Assembly: GCF_036971445.1 (NCBI RefSeq)
Contig: NC_091480.1
Span: forward strand, 61,816,001 to 61,880,000
DNA: 64,000 nucleotides
From: Narcine bancroftii
Lineage: Eukaryota
Reading direction: 5' to 3'
Position 1 is the first letter of the stretch, and each line of letters starts with the position of its first letter. Position numbers and translations under genes: made by a program. Shown piece after piece: positions 33,061 through 46,260 of the stretch. The notes beneath the pieces were generated by a model. The model was not told the DNA's origin. It did no database searches and saw only the letters and a list, made by a program, of their open reading frames with translations.

Positions 33061-35126
33061 CCTCCCCCCCCCCCAATATTTCCTTATTTAGCATAAAAAC
33101 AGGCCCCTTCGGCCCATCTAGCCTGTGCTGAACCTTTTTTTTGCTTAGTCCCACTGACCTCTATCCAGTCATGTATCTGTCTGTCCAAATTCTTCTTAAA
33201 TGTTAAAATTGAGCCCGCATTCACTTCAGCTAGATACTTGTCCCACACTCTCACCTCTCTGTGTGAAGAAGTTCCCCCTAAACTTTTCCCCTTTCACTCT
33301 TAACCCACGTCCTCTCATTTGTATTTCACCTTCCCTCTGAAAAAAGCCCACCTACATTTACTATATCTATCCCCCTCAATTTTAAATACCTCTTATCAAA
33401 TCTCCCCTCATTCTTCTACGCTCCAAGGAATAAAGTCCTAACCTGTTTAACTTTTCCCTGTAACTCAGTTCCTGAAGTCCAGGGAACATCTGAGTAAAAC
33501 TTCTCTGCACTCTTTCAATTTAATGATATCTTTCCTGTAGTTAGGTGACTAAAACTGCACACAATACTCCAAATCTGGCCTCACCAATGCCTTATATAAC
33601 TTCAACATAACATCCCAACTCTCATACTGAATACTTTGATTTATGAAGGTCAATATGCCAAAAGCTCTCTTTACAACCCTATCCATCTGTGATGCCACTT
33701 TCAAGGAATCATGTATCTGTATTCCCTGATCCCTCTGTTCTACCGCACTCCTTAGTGCCCAACCATTCACTGTGTACGTCCTTTCTTGGTTTGTTCTTCC
33801 AAAATGCAACACCTCACACTTGTCTGCATTAAATTCCATCTGCCATTGTTCAGCCCATTTTTCCAGCTGGTCCAGATCCCTCTGCAAGCTTTGAAAACCT
33901 TCTTCATTGTCCACAATGTCTCCAATCATAGTGTCACCTGCAGATTGCTGATCGAATTTACCACATTACCATCCAGATCATTGATATAGATGACAAACAA
34001 CAATGGTCCCAGCACCGATCCCTGAGACTGGTCACAAGCCTCCAATCTGAGAAGCAATCATCCACCACTACTCTCTGGCTTCTCCCGTCCAGTCATTGTC
34101 AAATCCAGTTCACTACGTACTTCACCATGAATACCGAGCATCTGAACCTTCCTGACTAACCTCCCATGTGGGACCTTATCAAAGGCCATACTAAAGTCAA
34201 CTTTCCTGGTAACCTCCTCGAAAAATCAGTACATGGCTATCCAAATAATTGTATATCCAATTTCTTAGAACACTTTCCAATAATTTACCTACTACTGATG
34301 TCAGGCTCACCACCTTATAATTTCCAGGGTTACTTTTGGAGCTTTTTTTAAACAATGAGCTACCTTCCAAACCTAAGGAGTTTCAATATTTTTGCCAGAG
34401 CCCCTGTAATTTCTACACTAGCCTCCCCTCAAAGTCCGGGGGAATATCTTGTCAGGCCCTAGGGATATATCCACTCTTATTAAGACAGCAAGCACTTCCT
34501 CCTCTTTAATCTGTACAGGTTCTATAACCTCACTGCTTGTTTTCCTCACTTCCCACGACTCTGTGCCCTTTTCCTGAGTGAATACTGATGAAAAAAACAT
34601 TTACAATCTCCCCCATCTCTTCTGGCTCCATACAAAGCCGACCACTCTGATCTTCAAGGAACCAATTTTGTCCCTTACTATCCTTTTGCTCTTAATATTC
34701 CTGTAGAAACCCTTCACGTTGTCTTTTACCCTCCTGATTTCTTTCTTGAGGTTTTTCTTGCATTTTTATACCCCTCAAGCTCATTTGCTCCTTGTTGCCT
34801 TTGCCTGTTATACCCCTCTCTCTTCTTCCGAACTAGATCCCCAATATCCCTCGAAAACCAAGATTCCCAATACCTGCTAACCTTTCCTTTGAATCTGACA
34901 GAAACTTACAAACTCTACTCTCAAATTGTCACCTTTGAAGGTCCTCCACTTACCTCGCGCGTCCTTGCCAGAAAACAACATCCCAATCCATGCGTTTTAG
35001 ATGCTTTCTCATTTCTTCAAAATTGGCCTTTCTCCAATTTAGAATTAATTTGACGACCAGACCTATCCTTCTCCATAATTAATGAAACTAATGACATTAT
35101 GATCACTGGACCCAAAATATTCCCCT

Positions 35127-36174
35127 TGTTAATATTAATCTTTAAAGTTAAAAATCTTTAGTTATATAATATATATTTCTTGGTAGAGCTTAGTTATAGA
35201 ATTAAATATATTTCTAGTTAGGGAATTGTTGGCTGGACAGGGTCACACAAAGGTCACCCACCACATTTACAGAGACTCAGAGCGAGAGAGTTCATTTCAG
35301 AGTTGTTGAGTCTGGCAGAACCAGATCATAATGGAACTAAAGTGGGTGTTAATTGAATCCAGAACATTGGTTCTATACACAGCATTATGCTGGCAGTTGT
35401 GCAATTAATCAAGTTTTTTTTCGAGCGACATGCTCATATGTTAGGGAGTCATAAACCACTTAAACCTCTTGGACAAAGATGAGGTCAGATGTTTTTATGG
35501 ATGTGAAGTGATCATTTGAAGGAAGGCAAAAGGTCATCTACCATGATTGTATTTTGGAAGAAATGAAACTGAAACAGTGGTGATATCATGCCACATGATT
35601 TCAGAGAACCATATAACCAGACTGAAGAGATTGACTATCCTGAGGGAGATGCTGTTCTGTATTATCCTTATCATAGGATATACTCAAAATAAGTGGCTTT
35701 AAAGCAAGTAAGACCATTCGCTTTTGATTAAGAAAGAACTCATCATGAAGATTACAGTTCTGTAACCCTAACAAGATAGGGGAAAACTTGTGAAAACACT
35801 CGTATGAAGAATATCTCTCGAAAAGACACTCATCAAAAGACTCATGAGTTTAAAGAGATCTGAAGACATGATGTTTAAAAGTGCTTCAAAATTACCTCTG
35901 AACTGCAATTTAAATATCTTCAAGCAACACAAGATGTTTGATGCTGAAGTTTAAAATGGATTTTTCAAACAAGCTCCAACTGTAATGGTTTGGATTTTGA
36001 CACACACACACATTTGTGCCTAGTGGGAATTAAGTTAGAGTTATGTTTAGAGATAAGTAAATAATGTTATGTTATTAATAGTTTAATAAAAACTATTATT
36101 TTGAATTTACCATTGTCTGGTAAATTTTCCATTGCTGTTCCTTTGTTGCTTCATAAAATTGTTAGTTCATAACA
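35127..36174 (+). mobile_element. Solo LTR (~1.05 kb)
   Basis: TGTTA...TAACA termini; 4-bp flanks CCCT/CCTT; AATAAA near 36085; CR1 sequence rejoins across it. Confidence 0.75.
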
Positions 36175-36456
36175 CCTTACACACACCTCTGTCACCTGTC
36201 CTGTCTTGTTCCCTAATAGTAGATCCAATACAGCCTCCTCTCTAGTTGGTTTTTCTATATATTGATTTAGAAAACTTTCCTGAACACATTTGAAAAACTC
36301 CAACACATCCAGCCCTTTTACAATATGGAAGTTCCAGTCAATATGTGTAAAGTTAAAATCTCCTACTATCACAACCTTATGTCTCCTGCAGCTTTCTGCT
36401 ATATCCCTATAGATTTGCTTCTCCAATTCTTGCTGACTGTTGGGTGGTCTATAATA

Positions 36457-37115
36457 CCATATGTTTTCGATTATCCGAAAACCAATTTACCAAAATTCTC
36501 AGTTATCCATAAATTTTTTCAGCAGTAACATGATGTCACAAGTTGAATTTTTTTTTTACCCAACGTGATCATGTGGGGCTCTGTCGCGTTGTTAGTGCCA
36601 GTTTGGTAAGAGAGCTCAGAACCAGCTGAACGACTGGATGTAAGCTCAGAGAAGCAGACTGGAGCGAGCAACTGGAGGAAGTTGGTGGGTCAGGCAGCGC
36701 ATGGGGAGATTGTCCTCATTTCAGTTATCTCCCTCCCCTCTCTCTTTACACTTCTCTTTATTCTCCACTGTACTTCGTTCTCCGCTGTCCCAGCGTTATC
36801 AAGGAGAGAGGCATCCCAGGCAAGAGCGGGGACCTCGGGCTCCCAGGCAAGATGGCGACAGCGTTGGGGAGGTGTTGGGGATTGGTGATGGCGGCAGGAA
36901 CGGGAACTCAAGACTCCCTGGCAGGAGCAGGGACCTTGGGCTCCTGGGTGGGATCAGTGAAGGTGGTGAGGAGGTGTCGGGGATTGGCGACAGCCGATAC
37001 AAGTATCCTACTGATGCTACTGGGCTGCTTAAAGTAATTTCTCGGTTATCAAAAAAAATCCAGTTAATTGGTAAAGTTCTGGTCCCAAGCATTTCGGATA
37101 ATCAGAAACATATTG
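36457..37115. mobile_element. Tc1/mariner (pogo/Tigger-like) MITE
   Basis: 24-bp TIRs CCATATGTTTTCGATTATCCGAAA vs CAATATGTTTCTGATTATCCGAAA; TA TSD; CR1 rejoins across it. Confidence 0.85.
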
Positions 37116-38752
37116 TACAACCCCATGAGTGTGCTCATACCTTTCCCATTCCTCAGCATCACCCATATAGCCTCAGTAGATGAGCCCTCTGGTCTGTCCT
37201 ACCTGAGCACAGCTGTGATATTTTCCCTGACAAGCAGAGCCTCTCCTCCCCCCCACCCCCACCGCCCCATTGTGTCTAAAGCAACAGAACATTGAGCTGC
37301 CAGTCCTGCCCCTCCTGCAACCAAGTTTCACTAATAGCCACAATGTCATAATTCCACGTGCCTTTCTTACAATACCTTTTGCATTGAAGTAGATGTACCT
37401 GACAACTTTTCCACCACATACAACCCATTGACTTCTTACAGTGCCTGCAATTTTCACATCATCTTTTCCCTCCTCCACTCCTCTATCTGGTCTGGCACTC
37501 TGGTTCCCCTCCCCCTGCAAATCTAGTTTAAACCCACCAGAGCAGCACCAGCAAACCTTCCCACAAAGATATTAGTCCCCTTCCAGTTCAGATGTCAACT
37601 GTCCAGTCGGAACAGGTCCCTACCTTCCCTGGAAGAGAGCCCAATGATCCAGAAATATGAAGCCCTCTCTCCTGCACCATGTCTTTAGCCACATTTTAAG
37701 CTGCTTTATCCTATTTAACCATATAACCACTTACAGCACAGAACAAGCCAGTTCGGCCCTCCTAGTCCATGCCGTAACAAATCCCCACCCTCCTAGTCCC
37801 ACTGACCAGCACCCGGTCCATACCCCTCCAGTCCTCTCCTCTCCATTTAACTATCCAGTCTTTCCTTAAATGTAACCAATGATCCCGCCTCAACCACATC
37901 TGCCGGAAGCTCATTCCACATCCCTACCACCCTTTGCATGAAGAAATTTCCCCTCATGTTCCCCTTATAATTTTCCCCCTTCAATCTTAAACCATGCCCT
38001 CTAGTTTGAATATCCCTCACTCTTAATTTCTAACCTCACGAATACGTGGCATGGGTAGCAATCCTGAGATCACTACCCTGAAAGTCCTGTCCTTTAACTT
38101 AGTGCCTCACTCCATGAACTCTCTTTGTAGGACCTCCTCACCCCTCCTACCCATCTCATTTGTCCCTACATAGACCTACTTCTGGCTGCTAACCCTCCCT
38201 CCTGAGGATGCCGTGAACTCGATCTGAGATATTTTGGACCCTGGCACCAAGGAGGCAACGTACCATCTGGGATACTCAATCTCTTCCACAGAACCTCTTA
38301 TCTGTCCCCCTAACTATGGAATTCCCTATCACTACAGCTCGCCTCTTCTCCTCCCTTCCCTTCTTAGCTACAGGACCAGACTCTGTGCCAGAGACCTGAT
38401 CGCTGTGGCTTGTCCCTGGTAAGTCGTTTCCCCCCCCCATGGTATACTTGTTATTGAGGGAATAGCACAGGGGTGTCACGCACTGCCTGCCTGTTCCCTT
38501 TCCCTCCTCCTGCCTCCTAGGTCCCCATAACTCCTGTCTATCACCCCCCTCTGCCTCCTGAATGATCCACAGTTCATCCAACTCCAGCTCCAATTCCTTA
38601 ATTCAGCTTGTCAGGAGCTGCAACTGGATCCACTTCTCGCAGATGAAGTTGTCAGGGATACTGCTGGTTTCCCTGATGACCTACATTCTGCAAAAGGAGC
38701 ATTCCCCTCCCTTGGCTGCCATTCCCATTGTTATGACGAGGTGAACAAAATA

Positions 38753-39198
38753 CAGGTGCTCCTCCAATTACGATTTTTCAACGTTACGATGGTTCAGATC
38801 TGTGCTTTCAATTTTGAATTCTGATCGGTTCCCGTGCTTGCGATGTGTGGTACACTATTCTCTCGCAATGCTGGGCAATGGCAGCCTCACGCGGGAGTAT
38901 CATACACCATACTCTCTCGCAATGCTGACTCAACCATGCTTGCAGTCTCTGTAGCGATCACGTGAATGAGTGAAATTGATGACCTTGTTGCTATCCAGCA
39001 ATTAATTTTAGTTCAATGCTTCAATGTCCAGTGTGCTTTCAGTTGTGTACGTTAATGGTTTTTTTCAGTGTGGTATCAAGGTATTCAAAATTTAATTATA
39101 AAAAAGGGTAGGTGCAGTATTTTCAACTTACGATATATATTTTTTACTTACGATGGAGTTGCTGGAACTCAACCGCATTGTAAGTTGAGGAGCACCTG
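38753..39198. mobile_element. Tigger-like MITE
   Basis: TIRs beginning CAGGTGCTCCTC; TA TSD; subterminal ACTTACGAT repeats. Confidence 0.85.
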
Positions 39199-39560
39199 TA
39201 TATATCTAAAACCTGTCTTTACCTGTGCTTACCTGCTGAATCCTTTTTGTTCCTCGAATAGGGTTCCGACTATTCATTGCCTTTTACTTGTTCTTGTCAA
39301 AGCCTGTTGTGATAAAGCCTTACCACCCTGACTCATCCTACTCCAACAATGACTGCTCCCCCTTTTGTCTTCAACTGTTGAACTTGATTGCCCAATTTCT
39401 CCTTTCCTCTAGCTCTCTCTTTCCTTTTGTCTCCTTTCCCCATCTCTGCTTTCACAGAGCAAAAAACACTCCCTCCTCCCTCTATCACTTCTCACCTTTC
39501 CTCTTTCCTGTCCTCCTATCCATATCCAGGCTTTCATGTTTCACTCCAGAAGTAACTCAC

Positions 39561-39724
39561 CATCCAAGAGCTCGAGTGTGACGGTGGGGTCGACGTACTC
39601 CCACCAGTTCTTGCCATCGGTGGAGACAGGGATCTCCCAGTTGGACCACTTGCAGGCCAGGTGGATGCAGACACAAGCCACCACTGGAGGCTGGTACTGC
39701 AAGCAGAATGTGGTGAGGTGGAGG
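39561..39724 (-). CDS. CCNT1: Cyclin T1 exon 7 (164 nt)
   Basis: [56 protein letters not shown] and GTGAGT boundaries. Confidence 0.97.
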
Positions 39725-39929
39725 CTGCATATGTTGTGGGGAGAGAAGGTACAATGTCACGTCATCTAGCACGCTGCTGGTGGCTAGATTGATGCAGCCC
39801 ACGCGCGGGGTGATGGTGTCAGCAGCAAGCTCAGGGACAGGACTTGGGGCTAGGCTGGAACCTCAGCCTACCCCTTCCACCAGGGTGTCTCCCAAAGGGC
39901 AGGCTGGAGTTTGTGCCGGGCGGTCAGGC

Positions 39930-39980
39930 AAACACGCACACACTGGGACACACATATAGGCACACGCGGGCACAGACACA

Positions 39981-40030
<50 letters not shown>

Positions 40031-40360
40031 CATACGCAAGCACAGACATGCCAGCACACTTGCACAGACACACGCATACAGGTGAGCACACACACAGGCA
40101 TGCATGTGCACATGTGCAAACACATACAGGCACGTGTGCACAGACTAACACATACAGACACACACATGCATAGACACGTGCGCAGATAGATGTGCACATA
40201 CACAGAACATACATACAGACACAATAGTCACAGACAAAACACACAGCACGCATCACATACAACAGGCACCACACATGCACACAAAACATACAGGCATGTA
40301 CACCATACAGATAAAGCTCTCACGTACACCTAACATAGAGAGACACATACACAATGTACA
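39930..40360. repeat. (CA)n microsatellite (pure ~39983-40026) within a degenerate CA-rich tract
   Basis: Direct inspection. Confidence 0.9.
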
Positions 40361-40641
40361 TAGATGTTTTCTCAAGGAGCCTTGCAGACACTGATAAACA
40401 GACACAGACCCTTGAGGTGTGTGAGTAGCTCTGTGCTATGGCAGAAACAGCTGGACACTCATGTCTCATGGTCTCCCCATTCGCAGGCGACCATGTCCAT
40501 TACAGGCAGAGCCACGGCCGAGGAGAAGGATTGGAGGGGGATGGCGGAAGTGGATGATGGAGGGAATGAGAAGCAGAGGGGAGGATTGTAAATAGAAAGA
40601 AAGTTGGCCACTGCACCACAGTGGATGCAGTGATAAATAAC

Positions 40642-40687
40642 CTGTTGGTAGCCATGAAGTAGGAAGTCTGTGCCAGATCCTTGCTCG
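40642..40687 (-). CDS. CCNT1: Cyclin T1 exon 6 (46 nt)
   Basis: ASKDLAQTSYFMATNS; pyrimidine tract + CAG acceptor; GTTATT donor. Confidence 0.95.
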
Positions 40688-40944
40688 CTGGAGAGAGAGG
40701 ATGGTGGGTAGGGTGGGGAGAATATAATGGGGCAGGGGGTAGAGAGAATGAGAGAAGTTAGTGTTATATTCCAAACAGAGACACAAATGGATTGAAAACA
40801 ATGGCAGCATTTTGCTGCAATGCTAATACTGTCTCCAGAATGTTCCCATCTCTGAGCAAGCGAGAAGCACTGAGATACCCATCAGCAGCTTGGGTGGTCT
40901 CAGGGGGTAGTCTCAGGGAACAAGACAGAGTTCCAGACATAAGC

Positions 40945-41478
40945 ACAGGTGTAGGAACCAGAGAGGGTTACAGAGACAGGGAGGGGTGTAGGGACTGGAG
41001 AGGGTTACAAAAATAGGGAGGGGTGTAGGGACTTGGAGGGGGTGACAAAGATAGGGATGACAAAGTTAGGGAGGGGTGTGGGACCAGAGGGGATTACAGA
41101 GACAGGGAGGGGTGTGGGACCAGAAGGGGTTAAGAGACAATGAGGGGTGTGGGGGACCAGAGGGGGTTACAGAGACAGGGAGGAGTGTGAGGACCAGAGG
41201 GGGTTACATAAAGAGAGGTGTAGGGGATTGAAGGGGGTTACAGATTTAGGGAGGGGTGTAGGAACAGGAGGGTGGGTTTACAAAAATAGGGAGGGGTATT
41301 GGGACTGGAGGGGGTTACAGAGATAGGGAGAGGTGTTGGGACTGGAGAGGGTTACAGAGATAAGGTGGGGAGTGGGGACTGGAAGGGGTTACAGCGATAC
41401 GGAGGGGTGTCAGGACCAGAGTGGGTTACAGAGACAGGAAGGGGTGGAGGGGGGAGGAGGGGTTACAGAGACAGGGTT
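40945..41478. repeat. Purine-rich ~36-bp degenerate minisatellite
   Basis: Unit approximately GGAGGGGTTACAGAGACAGGGAGGGGTGTAGGGACT, about 14 copies. Confidence 0.85.
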
Positions 41479-41713
41479 TGTTCTCTCTGGATCAGAGCAG
41501 TGAGGGTGGACCCAATGGATGTGGACACCATTATGAGGGGTGTTGGGGAGAGCAGAAAGTAAGTCGTTTTACCATGGTGGGGGGGGTCATAGAGTCATTG
41601 AGCATGAAACAGGCAATTTAAACCAACTCATCCATGCTGACCAAGTTGGCCTTCTGGCTTGTCCAATTTGCCTGCATTTTTCCCCTATCCTCTGAACTTT
41701 CCTGCCCATAAAG

Positions 41714-41968
41714 TGCAACATGGTTGGCGTAGTGGTTAGCGCAACGCTGTTACAGCGCCAGCCATCAGGACAGGGGTTCGAATCCTACGCTGTCTGTAAG
41801 CAATTTTTACATTCTCCCCATACCTGTGTGGGTTTTCCTTGCAGGCTCCAGTTTCCTCCCATCGTTCAAAATGTACCAGGGTTTTTAGTTAATTGACTGT
41901 AATTGGGCAGAACAGGCTTGTGGGCGAAATGGCCTGTTGTAGTACTATCTGTCTAAATTTTTTTAAAT
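41714..41968 (+). mobile_element. tRNA-derived SINE (V-SINE-like)
   Basis: A box TGGCGTAGTGG (41725) and B box GGTTCGAATCC (41775); V-domain-like GCTGTCTGT...TTCTCCCC...GGGTTTTCC...CCAGTTTCCTCCC; LINE-like tail; inserted in a CR1 3' fragment. Confidence 0.8.
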
Positions 41969-42323
41969 CATGCAAATGTCTGTTACACGGTGTGTTTGTC
42001 CCCCACCTCCACCACTTCCTGTGGCAGCTCGTTCCACACACCCACCACCCTCTGTGAAGAAGGTGCCCCTCGGGTCCCCTTTAAATCTCTCCCCTCAAAC
42101 CTGTGCCCTCTAGTTTTAGACTCCCTGGAGCAGCACTTGAATCGGCAAGGCAGAGAAGGGAAGAACCCATGCTGTGCGGTGGGCTCCGTGTGCTCTGGGA
42201 TCAGTATTGATGGGTGACTGATGGAGAACATGGAGGTGTTTGGCCAAATGGCCTGTTTCTGTGATGCAGCACTCTACGACACATCACGGTATTGCTCCCA
42301 TTACTGTCTGCTCACCCCCTTAC

Positions 42324-42386
42324 CTCTCACTAGTTGTGTGCATTTCACCACATGGGTGTGTGGGTGGTCAATGGTGATCTCAAACC
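42324..42386 (-). CDS. CCNT1: Cyclin T1 exon 5 (63 nt)
   Basis: [24 protein letters not shown] and GTAAGG boundaries. Confidence 0.97.
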
Positions 42387-42509
42387 CTGGAAGAGAGAGG
42401 TCACAGCAAAGTTAGGAAGTGAACAGGACAAGACAGAAGCAGAACAAATGGAGAGGCGAGAGATGCTCGCTTGGAACTTCCAGGCCTGGCCTAGTGACAG
42501 AGATACCTG

Positions 42510-43410
42510 CAGCTAACACCAGCCTGTTCCGCATCCTCCACAGGAACAGCAGGCCCTTCAGCCCCTTGAAGACCTGTTATATGGCAACAGGTAGACAATG
42601 TTCAGACCCTCTCTTGCTTGTTATCAGGGAAGACAGGACTTTCAGCAGCTTTTGAACCTGTCATACTGGGTCAGGATGCCAGTCAGTCCCTCTCTGGGTT
42701 GTCACACAAGGACAGGAGGCCATTCAGCCCCTCTCAGTCTGTTTCACAGGACTGGAGGCTGTTCATCCCCTCTTTGGCCTGTCACACCTGGACAAGAAGT
42801 CATTCAGCCTCTCTCCAGCCTGTTACACTGGGACAGGAGGCCATTCAACCCCTCTCAGGTCTGTTACACTGAGACAGGAGGCTGTTCAACCCCTCTCTGG
42901 TCTGTTTCACCAGGACAGGAAGCCATTCAGCCCCACTCTGATCTCTTACATGGGCTCGGGAGGCCATTCAACCCCTCTCTGGCCCACTGCACTGGGGCAA
43001 GAGGCTATTCAGCCCCTCTTAGCCTCTTACGCTGGGAATGGAAGCCATTCATCCCCTCTCTGGCTGTTACATTGGAACAGGAGGCCATTCAGCCCCTTTC
43101 CATCCTATTACATTGGGACAGGAGGCCATTCAGCCTCTCTCCAACCTATTACATTGGGACAGGAGGCCATTCAATCCCTGTCAGGCCTGTCACACTGAGA
43201 CAGGAGGCTGTTCAACCCCTCTCTTGCCAGTTTCACCAGGACAGGAGGTCATTTAGCCCCATTCTGGTCTGTTACATGGGCTCGGGAGGCCATTCAACCT
43301 CTCTCTGGCCCATTGCACCGGGGCAAGAGGTTATTCAGCCCCTCTCTGCAACACTTCCCTGTCCTTATACAGGGGAATGGGAGGCTGTTCTGCCCCTCAG
43401 CCTGACTGCA
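42510..43410. repeat. 41-bp degenerate minisatellite in CCNT1 intron 4
   Basis: Unit approximately CTGTTACACTGGGACAGGAGGCCATTCAGCCCCTCTCTGGC, ~20 copies; multi-unit block duplication (~42868-43020 vs ~43192-43345). Confidence 0.9.
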
Positions 43411-43613
43411 TGTTGCAGGGAGCAGCTTCCCAAAGGATGGAAAGTGTCAGTCTGGAAACAAATTAAATTTTGGTTAAAGATGTTGCCTAGCCACATTCTG
43501 TGGCTCTCACCCTGGCAGCTCCATAGCCTGGATGTGGCTGTAACATGTGGCTTTGTATTTCCACTGCCCACCCCATCTCCATGCGTCCAGCCCTGCTCAG
43601 CCTCTGAACTCAC

Positions 43614-43674
43614 CCAGGGTCTGCAGTATGACACTCTCTAGAATGACCAGGTCCTGTGCTTCCTGCAAATAGGC
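43614..43674 (-). CDS. CCNT1: Cyclin T1 exon 4 (61 nt)
   Basis: AYLQEAQDLVILESVILQTLG; CAG and GTGAGT boundaries. Confidence 0.97.
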
Positions 43675-44202
43675 CTGTGGTAAAGAGAACAGCAGAGTTA
43701 TCAGACCAGTGGAACCAAGACAATTTCATAGCCACACCTTTGGGCTTCTTCATCCTCGGTTCCAAACCACAATCACCACATTACTCTCACCCAATCCCCC
43801 ACTTGATCCACAATATGTCACCCTCAAACCCTCCTTCGAGTCATACAGCAGTGAAATACGTCCTTCATCACACAGACTCCCTGCTGACCATCACCAAGAT
43901 CAATCCAGTCTCACACAGACAAGTCTGTCCATGGCGTCATGCACAGTCAAACTGAGACTACCCACAAATTGAAGGAACAAAACCTAATATTCCGTCTGGG
44001 CACTCTCCGATCGGATGGCATTAACATGGACTTTTCCAATTTTTATTAAATTCCTCCCCCGAGTCTCTCTCTTTCTCTTCCTCCAGCTCCCCTCTCCCTT
44101 CCCTGTCCATTCGACAGCTACCCCTCTCATCTTTATCAACCTGTGACCTCTTAACTGTTGGTCTGTTCTCCTCCCCCTGCCCCTACCACCCTGTGACTCA
44201 CA

Positions 44203-45472
44203 AGGGTCTTTTAAATTGCAGCACTTGGGTAGCCCTCTTTGGACCCAGGTGCAATTACTGGGGCAAAGATGCTGGAAGCACCTTTTAAGCTGCGGGGGAA
44301 TGACCCATTAAGCCAGCAATTTAAGGGGGATCCCATCTCCGCGATGATGCGGTAAATGATGCGTCACGCACTCACGGGAACTATCGGTAGTCAGTCTCCC
44401 CCACCCCCTCCCCACCTTCAGTCACCCCTCCCATTAGTCATCACCCACCGTCAATCACCCTTCTCCCTGTCAGTCACCACCCCCACTGTCAATTGACACC
44501 CACCCCGTCAATTGTGTGCCCCCCTCAGCAACGTCCTGCTGCCGCGAACGTTGAGCCATCCCTGCGAACTGGAGTGACAGTTCATGGCCCCCCACTCTCC
44601 CCTCCCAATGGTAGCGACATCTTCTCCTCCCCCCACGGCAGCGACCTCTCTCTCGCCGATCGTGGCACCCCCACCCCGCGCTGCGGCAACGACGTCTCCC
44701 CGCCAATCGTGCCACACCACCCCACCAAGTGGCAACCTCCCCCCATGGCTGCGACCACACTCCCCTGCCAATTGTGGGCCACCCTCTCTCCTCCCACCTC
44801 CAACGACAGCAACCTCCCCCCCACCCCTCCCCATCCCAGGCCCCACGGCAGTGACCCCTCTCTCCACCCAATTGTGGCAGGTACTTCAGACAGGGGGTTC
44901 CCTGTGATGGCAGCACGCAAGCGCTGATGTCACCGAAGTAACCGGGTCAGCTACTTTCCTGTTCAAATCGCTTGTGGACGCGACCTAGATAAGTTTAAAT
45001 GGGTTCTCGGTTGGATTAAGGCCATGCTGTATATAGCCAAGATTAGCGAAAGGGGCAGGGCAGTAGTACAGCACCACCGCCCTCCATTGTGATGTGGAAC
45101 ATGCATGCCGGGAAGTGAAAGCGCCCTATGCATAATAATTGCCACTGAACAGCAGGTACGAGTACTAGTGGAGATCTTTTCTAGCAGTCTTAGAACTCAA
45201 GCAGATCTTCTGCGCATCATAATCTCCTTCTTCGCAGATGGGTACTTTAAAATTCACGCTCTTCAGTTGCTGGCTGATGATGTCATCACCCACCCCCTTT
45301 TTGAGTTGGTTTTAGCGCTCATCAGTTTAGGCAGGAGGCATTGCGACTTCAGTCCACCTCAGCGTGGAGGGAAATGGACCCTCCAATCCACCTTTTCTGC
45401 GTTCATGCAGGTAGGTGGAGCATATAAAAGCAAGAGGAAAGCTGTCTTGAAGGTTCTATGTAAAAGCGGGTA
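44203..45472. mobile_element. Possible PIF/Harbinger-like non-autonomous remnants
   Basis: Terminus-like strings AGGGTCTTTTAAA (44203), GTGAAAGCGCCCT (~45115-45127) and GTAAAAGCGGG-TAA (~45460-45473); CpG-rich interior. TIR pairing and TSDs not firmly resolved. Confidence 0.3.
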
Positions 45473-45589
45473 AGACTTGCTATAACACTGCACCCTGCAC
45501 TCTTTGACTCACTGTGACACTGCACACTGACACACAATATGACAATATGAGGCACAGTAAAGAGAAAATGTTTAATCCAGCAGGAAAAA

Positions 45590-46260
45590 TTAAAAAAGGA
45601 GCTTTTGGACTGCATGGTGAGAGGATGGGGAATTCTGAGAAGCAAAGCGATCTGGGTGATTTCATGTGTGATTCATGAATGGTCAGTCTGTGAGCACAGC
45701 AAAGAGTTTGAAAAGCTAACAATTATTTATTGAGAGGGGTACGAGTAGAACAGGGTGTTGGTGAGACCACATCTGGAGGACTATGGATAGAGCCCATCTC
45801 CTTATTAATAGGGAAGGCCATTAGTAGATTGGGAGGAGTTCAGAGAAGATTTACTAGACCTTCCCTGTAATGGGTGGTATGTTCCATGAGGACAGTTTGG
45901 ACAGGCTGGGCTTGTATCCTCTGGAGTTTAGAGAAACGAAAGGGAATAAGTAACTGAGGCGGTTTTGACACGTAGATGTGGAGAGACTAGTTCCTACTGT
46001 AACAGAATACAAAATAAGGGGGCGTCCATTTGCAGCAGACGTAAGGTTATTCTTTTATCTCGCGAGTTTGCAAGTCATTGCAGCTCTTTCGTCAAAGATC
46101 AGGAGAAGTGGGATATTTTTAAGGTAGTTGGGAGATTCTTCATAAGAAGGGAGGTCAAAGGTGACATGGAAGGCAGAAATGCAGAGTTATGGTTACAATC
46201 AGATCATCCACGATCTTATTGAATGAGCCACGGAGTGACCTCAGGGGACCAAGTGACAAT
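45590..46260 (+). mobile_element. Old CR1 3' fragment
   Basis: LVRPHLE and VQRRFTR-like remnants. Confidence 0.65.

Larger units (their letters stand above)
33090..39330 (-). mobile_element. Old near-full-length CR1 LINE in CCNT1 intron 7, with nested insertions
   Basis: ORF1 remnants (RRAVVIGNSIVRGTD, 38276-38593), endonuclease (IVGDFNF, ~36350), RT/3' end (LQRDLDQL, LVRPDLEYCVQF). Interrupted by a solo LTR, two MITEs and another CR1 3' fragment (~37716-38027). Ends approximate. Confidence 0.85.

Noticed and set aside
39844..40289. His/Thr- and Cys/Val-rich ORFs
   Set aside because: Translations of (CA)n/(TG)n tracts.
41714..41790. tRNA gene
   Set aside because: A and B boxes are present but there is no acceptor stem or terminator; it continues into a SINE body and tail.
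42598..43641. 347-aa plus-strand ORF
   Set aside because: Translation of the 41-bp minisatellite, antisense to CCNT1 intron 4, with no domain features.
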